DNA of 46,952 nucleotides from Rotaria socialis (Eukaryota): NCBI GenBank assembly GCA_905331295.1, contig CAJNYD010000273.1, positions 1 to 46,952 of the forward strand, read 5' to 3'. Shown piece by piece: positions 1 to 13,382 of this stretch (position 1 is its first letter; each line of letters starts with the position of its first letter). The notes under the pieces were generated by a model. It saw only the letters and a program-made list of their open reading frames with translations, ran no database searches and was not told where the DNA came from. The position numbers and the translations under genes were made by a program.

Positions 1-642
1 ATGTATTGTGAAAGAAAAACATGTAAAGTGACGAAGTTAAACCTAAACGAATCACATAAAAATGTCCATCGTGAAAAATGATAGCTTTTCTCAAATTTCC
101 ACACAATCTAATAAAGATGGTATAGTTTTTAAAAATTATCATTTCGGAACGAATCTTGATTATCAACCTAACACAGTTAGATGTTCAACTATTCTTCATA
201 AATGATTTTTCTGTATTTTTTTCACCTAATAAATCTTGTCTTGATTCCATAATGCTGACATTTTTTTCTCTCCACTCCCCCCGATTCTGCTTTGCGGACG
301 TTTTCTCTTAATTGGAGGAATAAAATGTCCGCAATCAAGCTGTATCCCTATAAACATCATTTTAAATCTAGGAAAATATTCGAGTTTTGACTTATTACTA
401 TCGAGATATTCGATTTAGTATATAATATGTTTTAAGTTAATATTGTGATTTCCGCTTCAAGAACACAAAAGTAACTTATTATGGAATTTGTACTTGAAAC
501 TTTGCATTGAGACAAACTCTGATATGAATTATTTCATCACTATATTGTTCGTATAGTTTGATGACATTTCTAAAGATACTAATAGCTGCATATCTCGAAC
601 TTGATTTGAAGAAAATCTTTTTATTTCTTGCTTCGCGTGTAG

Positions 643-1517
643 TCTGCCTGTACACCTGAAGAAGAGCAAGAAATGCCACGTTTATCTCAACAACAAACTG
701 AATATTCGCGAACATTAACAGCAATGCGCAAAGAAAGAAAACAATTTGATGAATTAGAACAAGCCTTTCTTGTCTATAAACAAAGTCGATTAAATGCTTT
801 ATATCCTCCTAAATCATCGCCTCTATCGACGGAACAACATCCAGAAACTATCGTTCGGTAAATAGAAAATCAATTAGTTGACTTGACTTTTATATTCATT
901 ATTTTTGTGATAGTATAATGTCAATGACAAACACTCCTCAAACGTCTATTCAACCACTACAACGATTTCTTTCTGAACATCCTTCAAGCACAATGACACT
1001 GACATCAACATCAAATACGGTTTGTTCTTATTACATTGCTAAATAAAAAATAATTTTCAATCTTTTAATCTTCAGGATGAACATGATGATTTCGCTGCTG
1101 ATGATCAAACATCATTGTCACCATCGATTACAACTGATGTACAACAAAAACAAACAACATTTATGCAACAAGAGAATCAATCAATTAGTAAGTTTTCATC
1201 TGATTATTATAATTAAAAACAAAAAAGACAATTCTACAATTTAATTAGATTTAACTTTACCATCATTGCATAGTTCATCATCTCCATCATCCTCATTTTT
1301 AAAACCCATGCAACCACTAACATCATCAAATAATGATCCATCATTGTCATCCATGGATTATCAACAAATGACAAGTAGTCCAAATCATGAAAATGAAACA
1401 ATACCATTTGAACCTTGTCGAACATCACCAAGTGTTCCAAATGAAGATGAATCTATAGGTACGTCATCAGTTAACTCGAACATTCAATCGACTGTTATTG
1501 ATGAACATGAGCAATGA
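643..1517 (+). CDS. 3' exons of an unknown multi-exon gene (coiled-coil-like segment then Ser/Thr/Gln-rich low-complexity tail); 5' part not identified
   Basis: Phase-consistent GT-AG exons 643-857, 914-1019, 1076-1187 and 1249-1517 give one open frame (SACTPEEEQEMPRL...IDEHEQ*). No recognisable domain. Confidence 0.65.
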
Positions 1518-4054
1518 TCTTTTTCTTTGTTGTTGTTATTGTCTTGATCTCTTCTTTCTTTTTTTTCTCTTACTATTTATGTATTTGTCTCATCACACAG
1601 TGAACAACAATTTGTCTTGTATAAAATATTTGCTTGTCTTGGTTTTTTTCCTTTTTGATATTCATAAAAGTTAGCAAAAATTCTGTTTTTTTTCATGTCT
1701 ATTTCTTACTCGCAGTGCTTTTTTGTTTCTTCATCGTCATAACACAGACCATTCTCGTTTAATATATATACTCACTTATTTACACATATTGTCTCTTTTC
1801 CCTTAAGTACGATGAATGGAGAATTCTTTGTTTTTTTTCTCTTCTTTTTGAATTATTCAATAAACTTGCACACAATTGTCTGTCTTGCAATTTAAATCAG
1901 CCATTTCTACATAATCATATCTTTCAGAAATAATATCGAGAGAGTTTTTTCATTAAGAATATAATCGAAACTTAAAATGTCAAGAAATTCAATGTAATTT
2001 GCTCGACTAAATCAGATGGCTTTATTTAAAAACAAATTTTTTGCTATCCTATGAAAAACTACGTTTACAATCAAAACCCTATTATTCAAGTCATTGAGAT
2101 TCTGTCTACTTAGAAAATAAGAATCAAAGCATATGCGTTATGATGGTTTCTTTGCAAGAGAAAAGAAATTAAGTATATACAAAGAAGCATTATAAAAAAT
2201 ATTGGATTGCGAAATCAGTTATTTTTGTGCCTTGTTTATTTAGTAGTTCTCGAACATATGATAATATAGAGTCTGGATATGGATAGGGTGAGATCAATTG
2301 CTGAGATTACTGAACACAATTTACTTTTAAATAGATTAGTTATTGTACTTATAAAACTTAATGCGCTTTTTCGATTTTTACCTGAAGCACAATTATGCGA
2401 CAGTGAGAACATAATCTCAGATTATTTTAGTTTTTAAAAATAAACGTTAACGAAATATTTCTTAATCAAACAAAGAAAGTAGATAAAACGACAGCCAAAA
2501 CAATTGCCTATCAAATCAAATAAACGCTTTAATGGTTGTTGGCATCAAAGAGACTATATAGTGTGAAGAACTTAAATTATCTCGTGTTCAAAAGACTGAA
2601 ATGTCTTACTCTACTGTTTATTGGAATCTTACATTCAATAGAATGAATGAATAGACTTGCTGCAGCTTCAGCTCTTAAGTTACTGTCAATCAGTTAGCTA
2701 AGAATGATAACGAAACTTTTTTTCTCAATAGAAAGCCATCCGTGTAATTGAGTTTCATCGGAAAGATTGTGAAATTATGCAGAGAACAATAATGCTTATG
2801 CAGTGAGTAAAAATCATCTAATGAAAACAGAACATGATAAAGGTTTGATACAATGTTGACCATTCAAAATGAGCATTAAAAAGTTTCGCTTTCGATAAGA
2901 GAAAAGTCATACATCTATAGTTCGTACTGTTTTATGGTTATTTTGATTCCAAACTCTCAGTTTAATCCATTCACCGGAATATTGCATTATTTCAAGTCAA
3001 CACCTTTGGTAACCAGCAAGATTGCGAACAGCTATTTCTCTAGCATGATAGATGCCGTGTTGTTCAAAAAATTTCATATGAAAAAATCGATCCTTTGAAA
3101 ATTATAAATTAACGATGTGCTAACCATGATGGATAGGTTGTTGAAATCGACGGTATTTGTTGTTACCATCTATTGTTTTTTGTGCATATCGTGTAGATGG
3201 TTGGTATATTAAGAGTAAATTTCTATGAAGAACTCTACATGACATCGATCTGTCGTTAAAGGCTATTGTATTTTAGTGAATTGCTCTGAAAATTTTCAAT
3301 TGAAGTAAAAATATTTGGATTATCGGAATTATCTTAACAACTACCATTTTAGTCGATCGTTAGTCAATGCTATACACTCTCAAGCATATGTACATGAACC
3401 ATTTCATCACTCATTTTATGTTACATAAAATTATAGTAAATATCCTTCAATAGAATATTGTCCAATTATTGCGGCAAATATTAATTCAGATTGATATTAG
3501 TAGTCTATTAAGAGATTTTCCTTCCCGTATCAAGTGCGGTTGTTGTAATCTCTATCGACTAGATGATAGTATATTGCATTTTCAATTAAGCTTAATAAAA
3601 AACAGCATTTATGCGCATAAATAGAGGTACAGAAAACTTTTGCGAAAAAAATACAAAATTTCTGTTGAATAATTTTGATTACATTTACATCTTATTACAA
3701 TAGAAGCACCCTATTCCCCCTAATGCAACATGCAATCGACTGTTTTTTTACATGTGGAGAAAGCTAACAAAGAACAAATAAATCAATAAAGTCATTGTTT
3801 CTTTTCTTGCGAACTATAGTTTTTTTTTTCAAAATAATTAAGTACGTAGGTAGCCTATGGTGGAATGTTATTTCGATTATTTGGATAAAAGAGTGTTTCG
3901 TAATCGTAATTTTCGCCCACCTAACACGAATTCTGATAAAATTCATCAATCATTTCTATCGACCATTGTTCTTCTTTTTATAATAAATCCAAACGTGAAA
4001 ATTGAATTTGCTGAATTTTAGTCTGATCAAGAAAGTATCTTAAAATACAATACG

Positions 4055-5094
4055 ATGAAAGACAATTTCGTTGATTTTGATCCATCACCTTTCAAAACAG
4101 CAAAAGTATTGGCAGCAACAGATGTTGAACATCAAGTAGGAAGCACACAAAAGTTCAAAATTGATAATCAATTTAAAACTTTTTGAACTCGTTATAGCAG
4201 TCTGATAGGTTTATTTCAAATAATAGTCGTTCATCAAGATGGTCTGAAATATCATGCACGATTGATAAGTATTCGAAAACAATGGCATCATCTTCACCAG
4301 AGCATGTACGAATAAAAGCGGAAGATTCAAAGTGAGTTTTATTGAGTAAGATGTTCAAAAAACATTTCTCTTCTTCTTTTTTTTGTCAAATTGAAAAGAC
4401 CACCAATGCATTTTTTCCAAGAAACTAATATTCTACGAGGAAAAATTCTTCTTCTTATTGTAATTTGTCTATTGATTTTGATAATAATTGCAATTGTTGT
4501 CATAAAATTTACTATTCTCAACTCTCATTCTACAACAAGTGAAAAAGATACGTCAAGAACCAGTTCATATTCCAGTAAGAATAAATCATTTTTAGCAAAA
4601 TAGCTCTTGAATAATCGATTGAGTTGATTGACAACTTTATAGGTACAATAAAACCAACATCAACAATATCGGCCATTTATGATGTTGGTAATGGTGGCAC
4701 TAGTGATGATGGTTCACCTTGTGCATCATACACGATTGTTAATGATCCATCGCGTAATATCGCTACATCTGGAATAGGTGGTGCCTGTGATAATGGTCCA
4801 TTATTCAACACAACTATTGGCGGTAGATGGATTCGATTCGTGGGCACAGGAGGTATTATAATACCTCTTCAATCACCCGGAGAAAATCATTGTGGTGCTT
4901 TTCTGGCAGGATGGCTCAATGGAGCATTACCTACTATAATAGGAGTACCAGTTAGTGGGGAGGTATGTTTCAACGTATATGGAGCAGTCTGCCAAGGCAT
5001 TAACTTTGTCGGAGAAAATCATTGTGACGGTTTCTATGTTTATTTCTTGCCACCGATGATAATGTGTAATGCGCGTTATTGTACAACAACATAA
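4055..5094 (+). CDS. Type II membrane protein with C-terminal uromodulin/GP2/OIT3-like D8C (8-Cys) domain
   Basis: Exons 4055-4135, 4198/4201-4331, 4399-4574 and 4643-5094 are phase-consistent. Hydrophobic anchor ILLLIVICLLILIIIAIVVI, then a Ser/Thr stalk, then C-x-Y..NDPSR..CD..WIRFVGTGG..P..CG..GWLNG..P..VCF..C..C.GFYVYFLPP..CNARYCT with 8 Cys. Confidence 0.8.
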
Positions 5095-6257
5095 CTCGAT
5101 TTAATTTTTTTCTTTAAATGAATATTTTGTTCAACAATCCGTGTATTCTATTTTTTTATTAAAACTTCATGTTATGAAAACAGTTTATATTTTATTTTGT
5201 TACTGGATGTAGATACATCATGCGTTCATACTATAAGTGTTGTTTATGGAAGAAAAATTGAGAATAATAGAAAAATATTTTCAGCTTAAAATGATAAATA
5301 AACAAGATATGTAGATTATAAATGCAATCTGTTGTCTTTATTTTTCTGTAGGATTTTATAAATAAACTGATTGAAATATACTCAAAAGAGTTAATATCAT
5401 ATAAAAGAAAAGAAAATTATTTTAATTAATATTGCACCTATGATCTACGAACTAGCATTACGCTTTTTTTTGCTCCTTCGTAATCACGAAATGCACATTA
5501 TAATTAATAGCAAACAAAATAATGATGGAAATACGTCTGACAGTAGAAGAAAAGCAATAGAAAATTTAAAAAAAAACGAATATGTTGTTCTTTCACCCTT
5601 CACTTCTGGTATTCATGTTTTGTTTGCGAACGAAAAGCTATTTTTAAAACTAAAAGAACTACTATTATAGGTATTTGTGTTTCTCCTTTATTCATAATAG
5701 TGTCATTTTCAAAATTAATCATACTACGTCATTGAGCTGCATTATTTTATTCTAGAAACTTGATATCATTCTATGCCTTGCTTCATTAAATGCTCATGAT
5801 AATCAGATAAGAAATATTTTGGTTCGAATATGAATGAGGTGTTAAAAAAGATTTCTGTCAAATGAATATTTTATCATAATCAAAGTATAGTCTAAAATAG
5901 CACACCTCTGCATAAAAAGCAAAAAAAATGAAAACGACAAAAAAAAATAACCTTTTTTAAGCCAACACTCCAACTGATTTATGTGAGTAGATTTATATCC
6001 AAAGCTAGAACCATATTTATTAGATGTGAAGAACATAAACGATAGGAGTCGCAAAACGAATTGTTGTTGACCATTTTTGTTTTTTGGTTGTGCATATTTT
6101 AAGCCAAGAGACTTCTGATCAATAAGACTTGAATATTATGCATGATGAGTATCAAACATAAACGAAAGGAAACAAATCGTGTAGCATACTAATAAAAAAA
6201 AATGACGGCATCGCCAAAAAGTCGATATTGAATCGAATCAAATACAGGTAAATAAAT

Positions 6258-6691
6258 GGTAACTGAACAATTCGTCACATGGGCAATACGTCGCACAGTC
6301 AATTCGTCGCAGACAATTCGTCGCGTACATGTTTATTCTAATTTAATTAAGGGAGAGTAATGAAAATGTAGAATAATTGATATAGATAATTGTATGAATA
6401 GTGACAAGAAATGTCTTCTGTTACTGAGGAGAATTATTTTATATTTATTTTTAAAATTAATGGGTTTTTTCTGATTTTCCTAAAATCCTATTAGATTATT
6501 TATTTTTTCCTTGAGATTCATAACTCAGTCTACGAAATTCGTGGGCTTATTCAATTAATTGAACATAGTCTACTTGATTCAATTACATCAAGCAAAACGT
6601 CATATTCACTTTCATTAAGTTACATTGCGACCAATTGTCTTGCAACGAATTGTCCGCGACGAATTGTCTCGCGACGAATTGACCTAGTACC
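6258..6691. mobile_element. Non-autonomous foldback/Mutator-like MITE, 434 bp
   Basis: Termini GGTA...TACC. Both arms (about 6258-6326 and 6626-6691) are built of CAATTCGTCGC-type subrepeats in inverted orientation. Identical 8-bp AAATAAAT flanks at 6250-6257 and 6692-6699. Confidence 0.8.
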
Positions 6692-9160
6692 AAATAAATT
6701 AGTGGCGCGAAGTTGAAGAAAAAATAAGTTTTACTGGCCTTTTACCATTCATTTTTTTACTTGGCCAAATGATCGAATTCAATAATAACAGGCATTTTTC
6801 TTTCTCTGCCAAGTGGGCACATAATCGATTTCCATAGACTTTAAAAAATCCTAACTTACAATATTGTAAAATTTACATCAATGGCAAACAGTTTTCGTTT
6901 AAATTATTGTGTTTATAGTGTATGTGTTTATATCTGATAGAAGGAATGTAAATGTGAATTTTATGACACATTATTTTTACTCACAATATCATAGATTCGT
7001 CTCGTTTATATGAAATGCACAAACTTCTATAATCAAAGGTACACAAATGAAGAGAGACAAGCGATGAATCAGAAGAAATAAACGTCAGAAAGGCAGGAAT
7101 ACATGGATAATGATCATGGCAGTGATGAATTAAAAAAGAAAGATGTCTTGACGTTCTAAAATATCAACAGTACTTAGAAAATGATGTCAAGCGAACGTTA
7201 AATAATCATACATGTAGAATAAACTTAATTGGTAACTGAGTAGAGAGAATGAAAAATAATCAACTCGGTCGAAACTATCAGAGTATATTAAAATTATAGG
7301 CATATTTACAGAGAATAAAAATACTGAATACCCTATAGAATAAAGGTACCTAATGGTTTAATAAATATGCCATTTAGAAGTACGAATGTATATGTCAACT
7401 CGCTGCATAATTCTTATTATTGCCATTCTTCTTCATGTACTATGTATTACTCGTATGAACCGGAAATCAATTCGTCGAGATTTATATCAGATGTTCTGTT
7501 GAGATGAGCCAAGACTGGCCAAGGATATTCTATTTTACCTTCGTCAATTACAGAAGAATTTTTGTGTATTTTTTCATCACTTGCATTTCTAAGATCTAAT
7601 AATGTAAATGAATTTATTTTGTTACCATCTTCATATATAATCTGTTAAGAATTTATGTGCTTCGAAAGTTTTTATCTTGAAATTTAATATGCTGATTCTT
7701 TAGAGTATAGTTTTAGATTCATAGAAATATTTGTAACAGTTGAAGCAGATAATTATATTTGTTGGTTTATAACGCCTTAAATGAATACTACATGTAGATG
7801 ATAGTTAACAGCAAAATCGAAATTATTTTATTATAGTGAACTTTTTAACGTGTATCAATTTTGTCTTTGATTATGTATTCTAACGAAAACATCTAATCAG
7901 ATTGAAGAATAATTAATTTAGAAGAAAAATAAACGGTATTGACGTTGATATATAATTAAATACTAATTAGTAAAATGCAATGTTGAAAAGGATGATTCAA
8001 AACTAGTGAATAAAAGGCCTTGAATGAAAAGAATTTAGTTGCATTATGGAGTAATTGTACAGGTATAGTTAAAAAACCACGTGTATTGAAACGGTGTACC
8101 AATATAGATGCACGATCGTTTGTATAGGCTACAGTTGACATGAGAGTTCAGTTGAGATTGGAATAGTAGATTTAATTAAAGATAGACAAAACTAGACAAA
8201 AAGGAGAGCGACAAAAAGAAAAGAAAAACGATTTTCGAAAATCAAAATGCAAATAAAGTTACATGAACGCTGTGGAAACTTTGTCTATGAATTAAATTTA
8301 GCAAAGTACTTTTTCATTAATCATAATTTTAATGTCTTTTTCAAATTGGTGACCAAAACAAAAAACAATTTTATTTCTTATTTTTCATTTATCTCAATGC
8401 GTTCTCCATATCGCTTGTATGAATCATATAGTAATTAATTTATCTTGCTGAACTGATACTTTAATATTAAAAGGAAATGAAATACGTCGTTGATTATGGC
8501 ATTAATGCTACATCATCAAATAAATACTCATTTGTCCGAGTTTTACATTTTAAAAATTTAGTAGAACCTATTGATATCTAACTTTTTTGTCATCATTTCT
8601 TTATTAATTTAAGCTTTTATAATTGATAATCGTCACTATGAAACAGACAATGATTAGACATAAATTACGAAGTTTCTTTTATATTAGCTTATTTTTTTTT
8701 AACGAAGAACGATTGTAGATAATAACACATCAAATGGACTACTCATACAAGAAACTTCTTTATTAATTTCATTCGAAATTTAAAAAAAAACATTTACTTT
8801 CCTTCCATATCATTCGATATAAAAACTCGTTCCATTCCCATCCTACCTGCTCGAGACCCGTACTGCGAAATAGCGATAGCGAAAATCTCTTTCTTTCTTT
8901 TCTTCGAATATAGCAAGGAAGAAAATCAATGTCCCAATGTCCCGAGCATTAAAACATCAACATCTCTTCAGAATCTTTGTCGCTTTTCTCTCTTCAACCA
9001 GGAGAAATAGACACAATTAATCTCGGAAACAAAAACGTTTTTTTAATCTGCATAGTCAGTCAAACTAACTATCTCATATTACTCACTAACAAAATTTTAT
9101 TTCTATGAATCACTTTCTGACAACATTTATAGAATAATCAAAAATTCCAATCTCAACTAG

Positions 9161-9973
9161 ATTCTAAACTCCACTGCCACATATATATTGGATTGCTGTA
9201 CTTTACAATTACCACTAAATTACGCTCAACCCAATCAAACAATAGCTATTTCTATGTTTCGTCTTAGTCTAAATCAAACGAATCAAAGTCAAAATACTAT
9301 TGTTATGCTTAGTGGTGGACCAGGTGGATTAGATTGGAATTTTTTTACTATTGCCTCGATCATAGTACAAGCCGCTCCAGGTATCACTGTAATACTACCC
9401 GACCATCGTGGTCCTGTACTCTCGAGTGCATTGAACTGTGGTAATTATGGATTAGAAGATATAAGTGCTACATGTATTACATATTCAGTTTCAAAATGGG
9501 GTACAAATGAATTGAATCAATTTTCTATCACTAATGCTGCGCACGATGTATCAGTACAAATTCAAGTCTATCAAGCTACCAATCCTGGATGAGTCTGTCT
9601 TTTCGCTGTATCGCACGGAACATTATGGCCTCACCGTTTTCTACAAATATACCCTACAGTAGTTCAAGCATCCGTTATGGATGGAGTATTCGATCCGCTT
9701 ACAAGTTCGGATAGTCGTACTCCTTTGTTAACAGATGCAGCCACCACGGTACAATTCCTGAGCTGCTGTCGATTACAAATTAAACTTAATCAATATTTTT
9801 CTGGCAAAGAAGCATCTACAAATGTATTTAAAAAAATATTGAATCAGGTAGATTTAAATCAACAAAAATGTATCAAGAAAAATTTTGCTGATTATCAATT
9901 AACATCCTATGACTTCGTAAGATGTTTCTTGATTTGGTCAACGCATTGTATACGTTCATACCTGAAAAGATAG
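9161..9973 (+). pseudogene. Intronless alpha/beta hydrolase (peptidase S33, TAP-like) pseudogene
   Basis: Motifs C..LQLPLNY, LSGGPGG, PDHRG, FSITNAAHD; after in-frame TGA 9590-9592 the same frame continues AVSHGT (nucleophile elbow) ...RFLQIYP..VMDGVFDP. Upstream in-frame TAG 9158-9160. The C-terminal half is not seen. Confidence 0.75.
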
Positions 9974-10568
9974 ACACTTAGATGGGAATTAGCTCTCTCC
10001 TTGTTCTTTTTTTCTACTAAATAATATGCAATACTCGTATTTGGAAGTTTCGATCTAAAGAATATATAGTATCAGAATGATTATTAAACAGAATATTTAA
10101 GAAACTATTTATGTTCGATCATCATCTAAAAACAGTATTGCAATCTAATTGATGACTGACATCCATAGTCACGGACTTTTCTCAAGTTATTTACATTGTA
10201 AAAAATTAAATCGCATTATGGCAAAAGAAAACATTTTTTTTTGTCGTTTCTTGTTTCATTTCTAATGACTGAAAATGTATATGGTATTTTGCAAGAAAAA
10301 TTCATATACAGCTGTTGATAAAAATTGTTTATCTATTGTATTGAAACACTCGAATTTAACTAACGATTAGAAAAATGCACTTAAATTTGGTAGTAGGGCC
10401 ATCTTAAAGCCCAAACGAATAACTTTCTTATTCGTACTTGATCAAATAAATAAAATTATTTCATAAGTTATCACAAGAAGTATGAGAAAAAAGACATATG
10501 TTTCTGTTCGAAAATAGAAAATGACAAGTTGTGATGATCAAATTCATTTTCTTATTTTACCTGTCAAT

Positions 10569-11114
10569 ATGACACATCGTTTGTTAATTGTATTGAGCAT
10601 CGCTACATTGATATCTATTGAAAATGTTCGTGGCCAATGTACGGAATGCACACGTGATCAAGGTTGTTGTATGGGTCTCATGCGTGGCCAATGGTCTTGT
10701 TGTGCTGGTATTGGTTCCAATTTAAATAATCAACAAACAACACCATGGAATTTCAATTTACAAATAAGTTATGATGTTTATGTTTGGAATTGTGGTTCAT
10801 CAACTGTTGATCCGTTACAACAATATACTAACGTTTCATGTATTTTAGATGGCCGATGGTCATTAAATCAATTAACTTTTCAATTACGATCTGTACCATC
10901 GAATGATATGAAAACGATTATTGGTAAATATACAATGAAAAATAAGCAATTAGAAAAAATTGCTTTTCAAGCTGATTCACAATGGGCTTTGACACTGCCA
11001 GTCGATAGCAATGCAAAGCCGGGAATTTATGATGAAATTGAATTCAATTATGCTGGTTTTAATTATACGTATTATTTTGGTTATGGTCCATATCCACATT
11101 GTCCTCGATGTTAA
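10569..11114 (+). CDS. Intronless secreted cysteine-rich protein of unknown family (181 aa from second ATG)
   Basis: Signal-peptide-like MTHRLLIVLSIATLISIENVRG, followed by QCTECTRDQGCC...WSCC, NVS and NYT sequons and C-terminal HCPRC. AATAAA at about 11127. Confidence 0.7.
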   Translation: MTHRLLIVLSIATLISIENVRGQCTECTRDQGCCMGLMRGQWSCCAGIGSNLNNQQTTPWNFNLQISYDVYVWNCGSSTVDPLQQYTNVSCILDGRWSLNQLTFQLRSVPSNDMKTIIGKYTMKNKQLEKIAFQADSQWALTLPVDSNAKPGIYDEIEFNYAGFNYTYYFGYGPYPHCPRC

Positions 11115-11241
11115 ATGATACATTTTAATAAAGAGAATCATAGGCATTTATGGGTATTTCTACATCGAGTAGTTAATTTCTCAAATGTTCTTTTGGATTT
11201 TTATTAAATAAAAAACACTTATTTATTGAAGAACATCTTCC

Positions 11242-11442
11242 NNNNNNNNNNNNNNNNNNNNNNNNNNNNNNNNNNNNNNNNNNNNNNNNNNNNNNNNNNN
11301 NNNNNNNNNNNNNNNNNNNNNNNNNNNNNNNNNNNNNNNNNNNNNNNNNNNNNNNNNNNNNNNNNNNNNNNNNNNNNNNNNNNNNNNNNNNNNNNNNNNN
11401 NNNNNNNNNNNNNNNNNNNNNNNNNNNNNNNNNNNNNNNNNN
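11242..11442. other. Assembly gap (N run)
   Basis: Run of n bases. Confidence 0.99.
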
Positions 11443-12102
11443 TTGAAACGTGAGATCGAAGTATCAAGATCGAATCTTTTACATCTGTTTTCGAATCTTT
11501 AAACTGAAGTTCCGTTCACTCAGAAATGTTGTTCCAAAATGACGAAAATGAAAAAAATTCGTTGTGAGATAATTAAAGTGACGTCATGAACGTATGTTAG
11601 TCACTATAGTCTATTCATTTACAGCTGATCTGTGATAATGAATCATGGAGATAATTAATCGATCAATCGAAATCGACCCTTAAAAATGTATCTCTAAGTA
11701 AGAATAGAGTTTCCTCAGTGATGAATTTCATCATGTAGACATAAAAAGTATTCAAGATTTTTCTGAATTGAAGGTTTTTCGTAAGGATCCGATTCAAGCT
11801 TCGCATCGCATTTTGTATTCGAGTGAAACTTGAATACCATCTAGTTTAAAAAGAATGCAGCGTTTTACTATTAATGTATCGATTTATCTGAGTAGTTTTG
11901 CTTGAGGTGCCGGTTTCTATGGCTGATGACAACAAAGAAAAACATTTCGGGTTTTTTCCAAGCACAACTCGATGATTCATGTACGAAAGAAAGAGAAAGA
12001 GAAAAATAAATTTCATAGCACTTGCATAATAGAGCGATGCGACCTTTTTAGCTGATATGAAAACGACAGTGAGTGAGTAAGTAAATGTTTTTCTTGTTGG
12101 GT

Positions 12103-12134
12103 AGTTGGAAAAGTTGGAAAAGTTGGAAAAGTTG
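12103..12134. repeat. Tandem 9-mer (AGTTGGAAA)x3.5
   Basis: Directly visible tandem copies. Confidence 0.9.
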
Positions 12135-13382
12135 ATTAAACTAAAAATGAATCCTCTGTTAAGTAGATACAAACGTAGAATTTACTTTGTTATTTCAATT
12201 TGTTATGCAATACATTTTCAAAAATATAAATCATCCTATAAATTTACTTGTTCCTCAAATAATGAACGCATGACCTGAGGTGTCATATTTACATCATATT
12301 TTCTCAGTTCTGTCTCAATTCGATTGTTTTTAACCAGTATATTTGTGTATATTTCAAATAATTACATAGTTTGATGATAATATAGATTTCAAGTTCATAG
12401 TAATATATATATATATATTGAATAAATATAGTAGTGATTCGATTAGTTCAGACACTTTATGATATTTTAATGTCTGTCCTAACGCTTATTCAAGTATATG
12501 AACAGTCATAGGAATATTATAAGGCTTGTTGCACTTTAATTTCAAATTTAACTAAAATAATTCAATCTGAAATATACACATCAGGATTCGCCGTGTATGC
12601 GTAATGTGATGTAAATGAGATGGCGAGTTCATTCGAAAGAAAAACAGAACAATTGTTAAATGAATGATTTTTGGTGGTCACTTCTAACTGCTAAGTTATT
12701 GAGAATCATAAAAAAGTTAATCGAGAAAACATGATGTCTAGATTTTGTGACTTTAAAAGTCTTGTTTTGTTCATAATTTTGAATAAGCTTGTCGCTGAAT
12801 ACACTGGATATATATCTATTTATTATATAACTTCAAATAATGTCAAAAGGATTTTTCTTGTTACTTAGCATGTTATGTAAATAAATATACCCATTTTTTA
12901 AAATCTTTTTCTGTGAATTCTCTACAATAATTCATCGCTAATAACCGATCTGTCGTCCCCTTGTATTACTAGTCATATAAGGTGTTCAACAGATATAATT
13001 GAGCAATCCATGAAATATTTTACGTAAGTGGTAGGAAAAGAACAATATATAAATTCGCATTCATTAGAGAATAGAAAAAAGAAAAAAAAACTAATTTTAT
13101 CACGTAAATAAAATTAGAGAGAAAATAAAACTGGTGAAGAAATGAGCAAAAACCCAAAAGATATAACTGAGTTTCTTTTGTTATGTATAGAAAGCATTTG
13201 CAACATAGAAAAATATATATTGTGTATACTTCTATGGTGAAACATATTCTCTTACCTAATTCAACGAAATAATCTACTGACTCATTGATTATATGCATAA
13301 GAAGTAGTTTCAGATAAAAAAAAATCGAAACCACGGCTATCTTGCCAGTGAATCTACGAATATATCACAACAGTCAAGAATA

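Noticed and set aside
3125..3160. VVEIDG resembling a Merlin/ISXO2 transposase motif
   Set aside because: Short, flanked by stops, and no other transposase motifs.
6258..6691. CRISPR-like array
   Set aside because: Units are about 11 bp, nearly adjacent and inverted between arms, with no spacers; eukaryotic MITE.
7500..7526. Hammerhead-like GATGA-GCCA-AGAC-TGGC stem
   Set aside because: Core CUGA and GAAA are both absent and stems I and III are not found.
11219..11467. ORFs spanning the N gap
   Set aside because: Made of undefined bases.
11915..11960. CTGATGA...GAAA minimal hammerhead
   Set aside because: No pairing for stem II.
12103..12134. GGAAA repeats as Rel/NFAT sites for the IAP gene
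   Set aside because: Simple tandem repeat about 1.25 kb upstream; no evidence beyond a 5-mer match.
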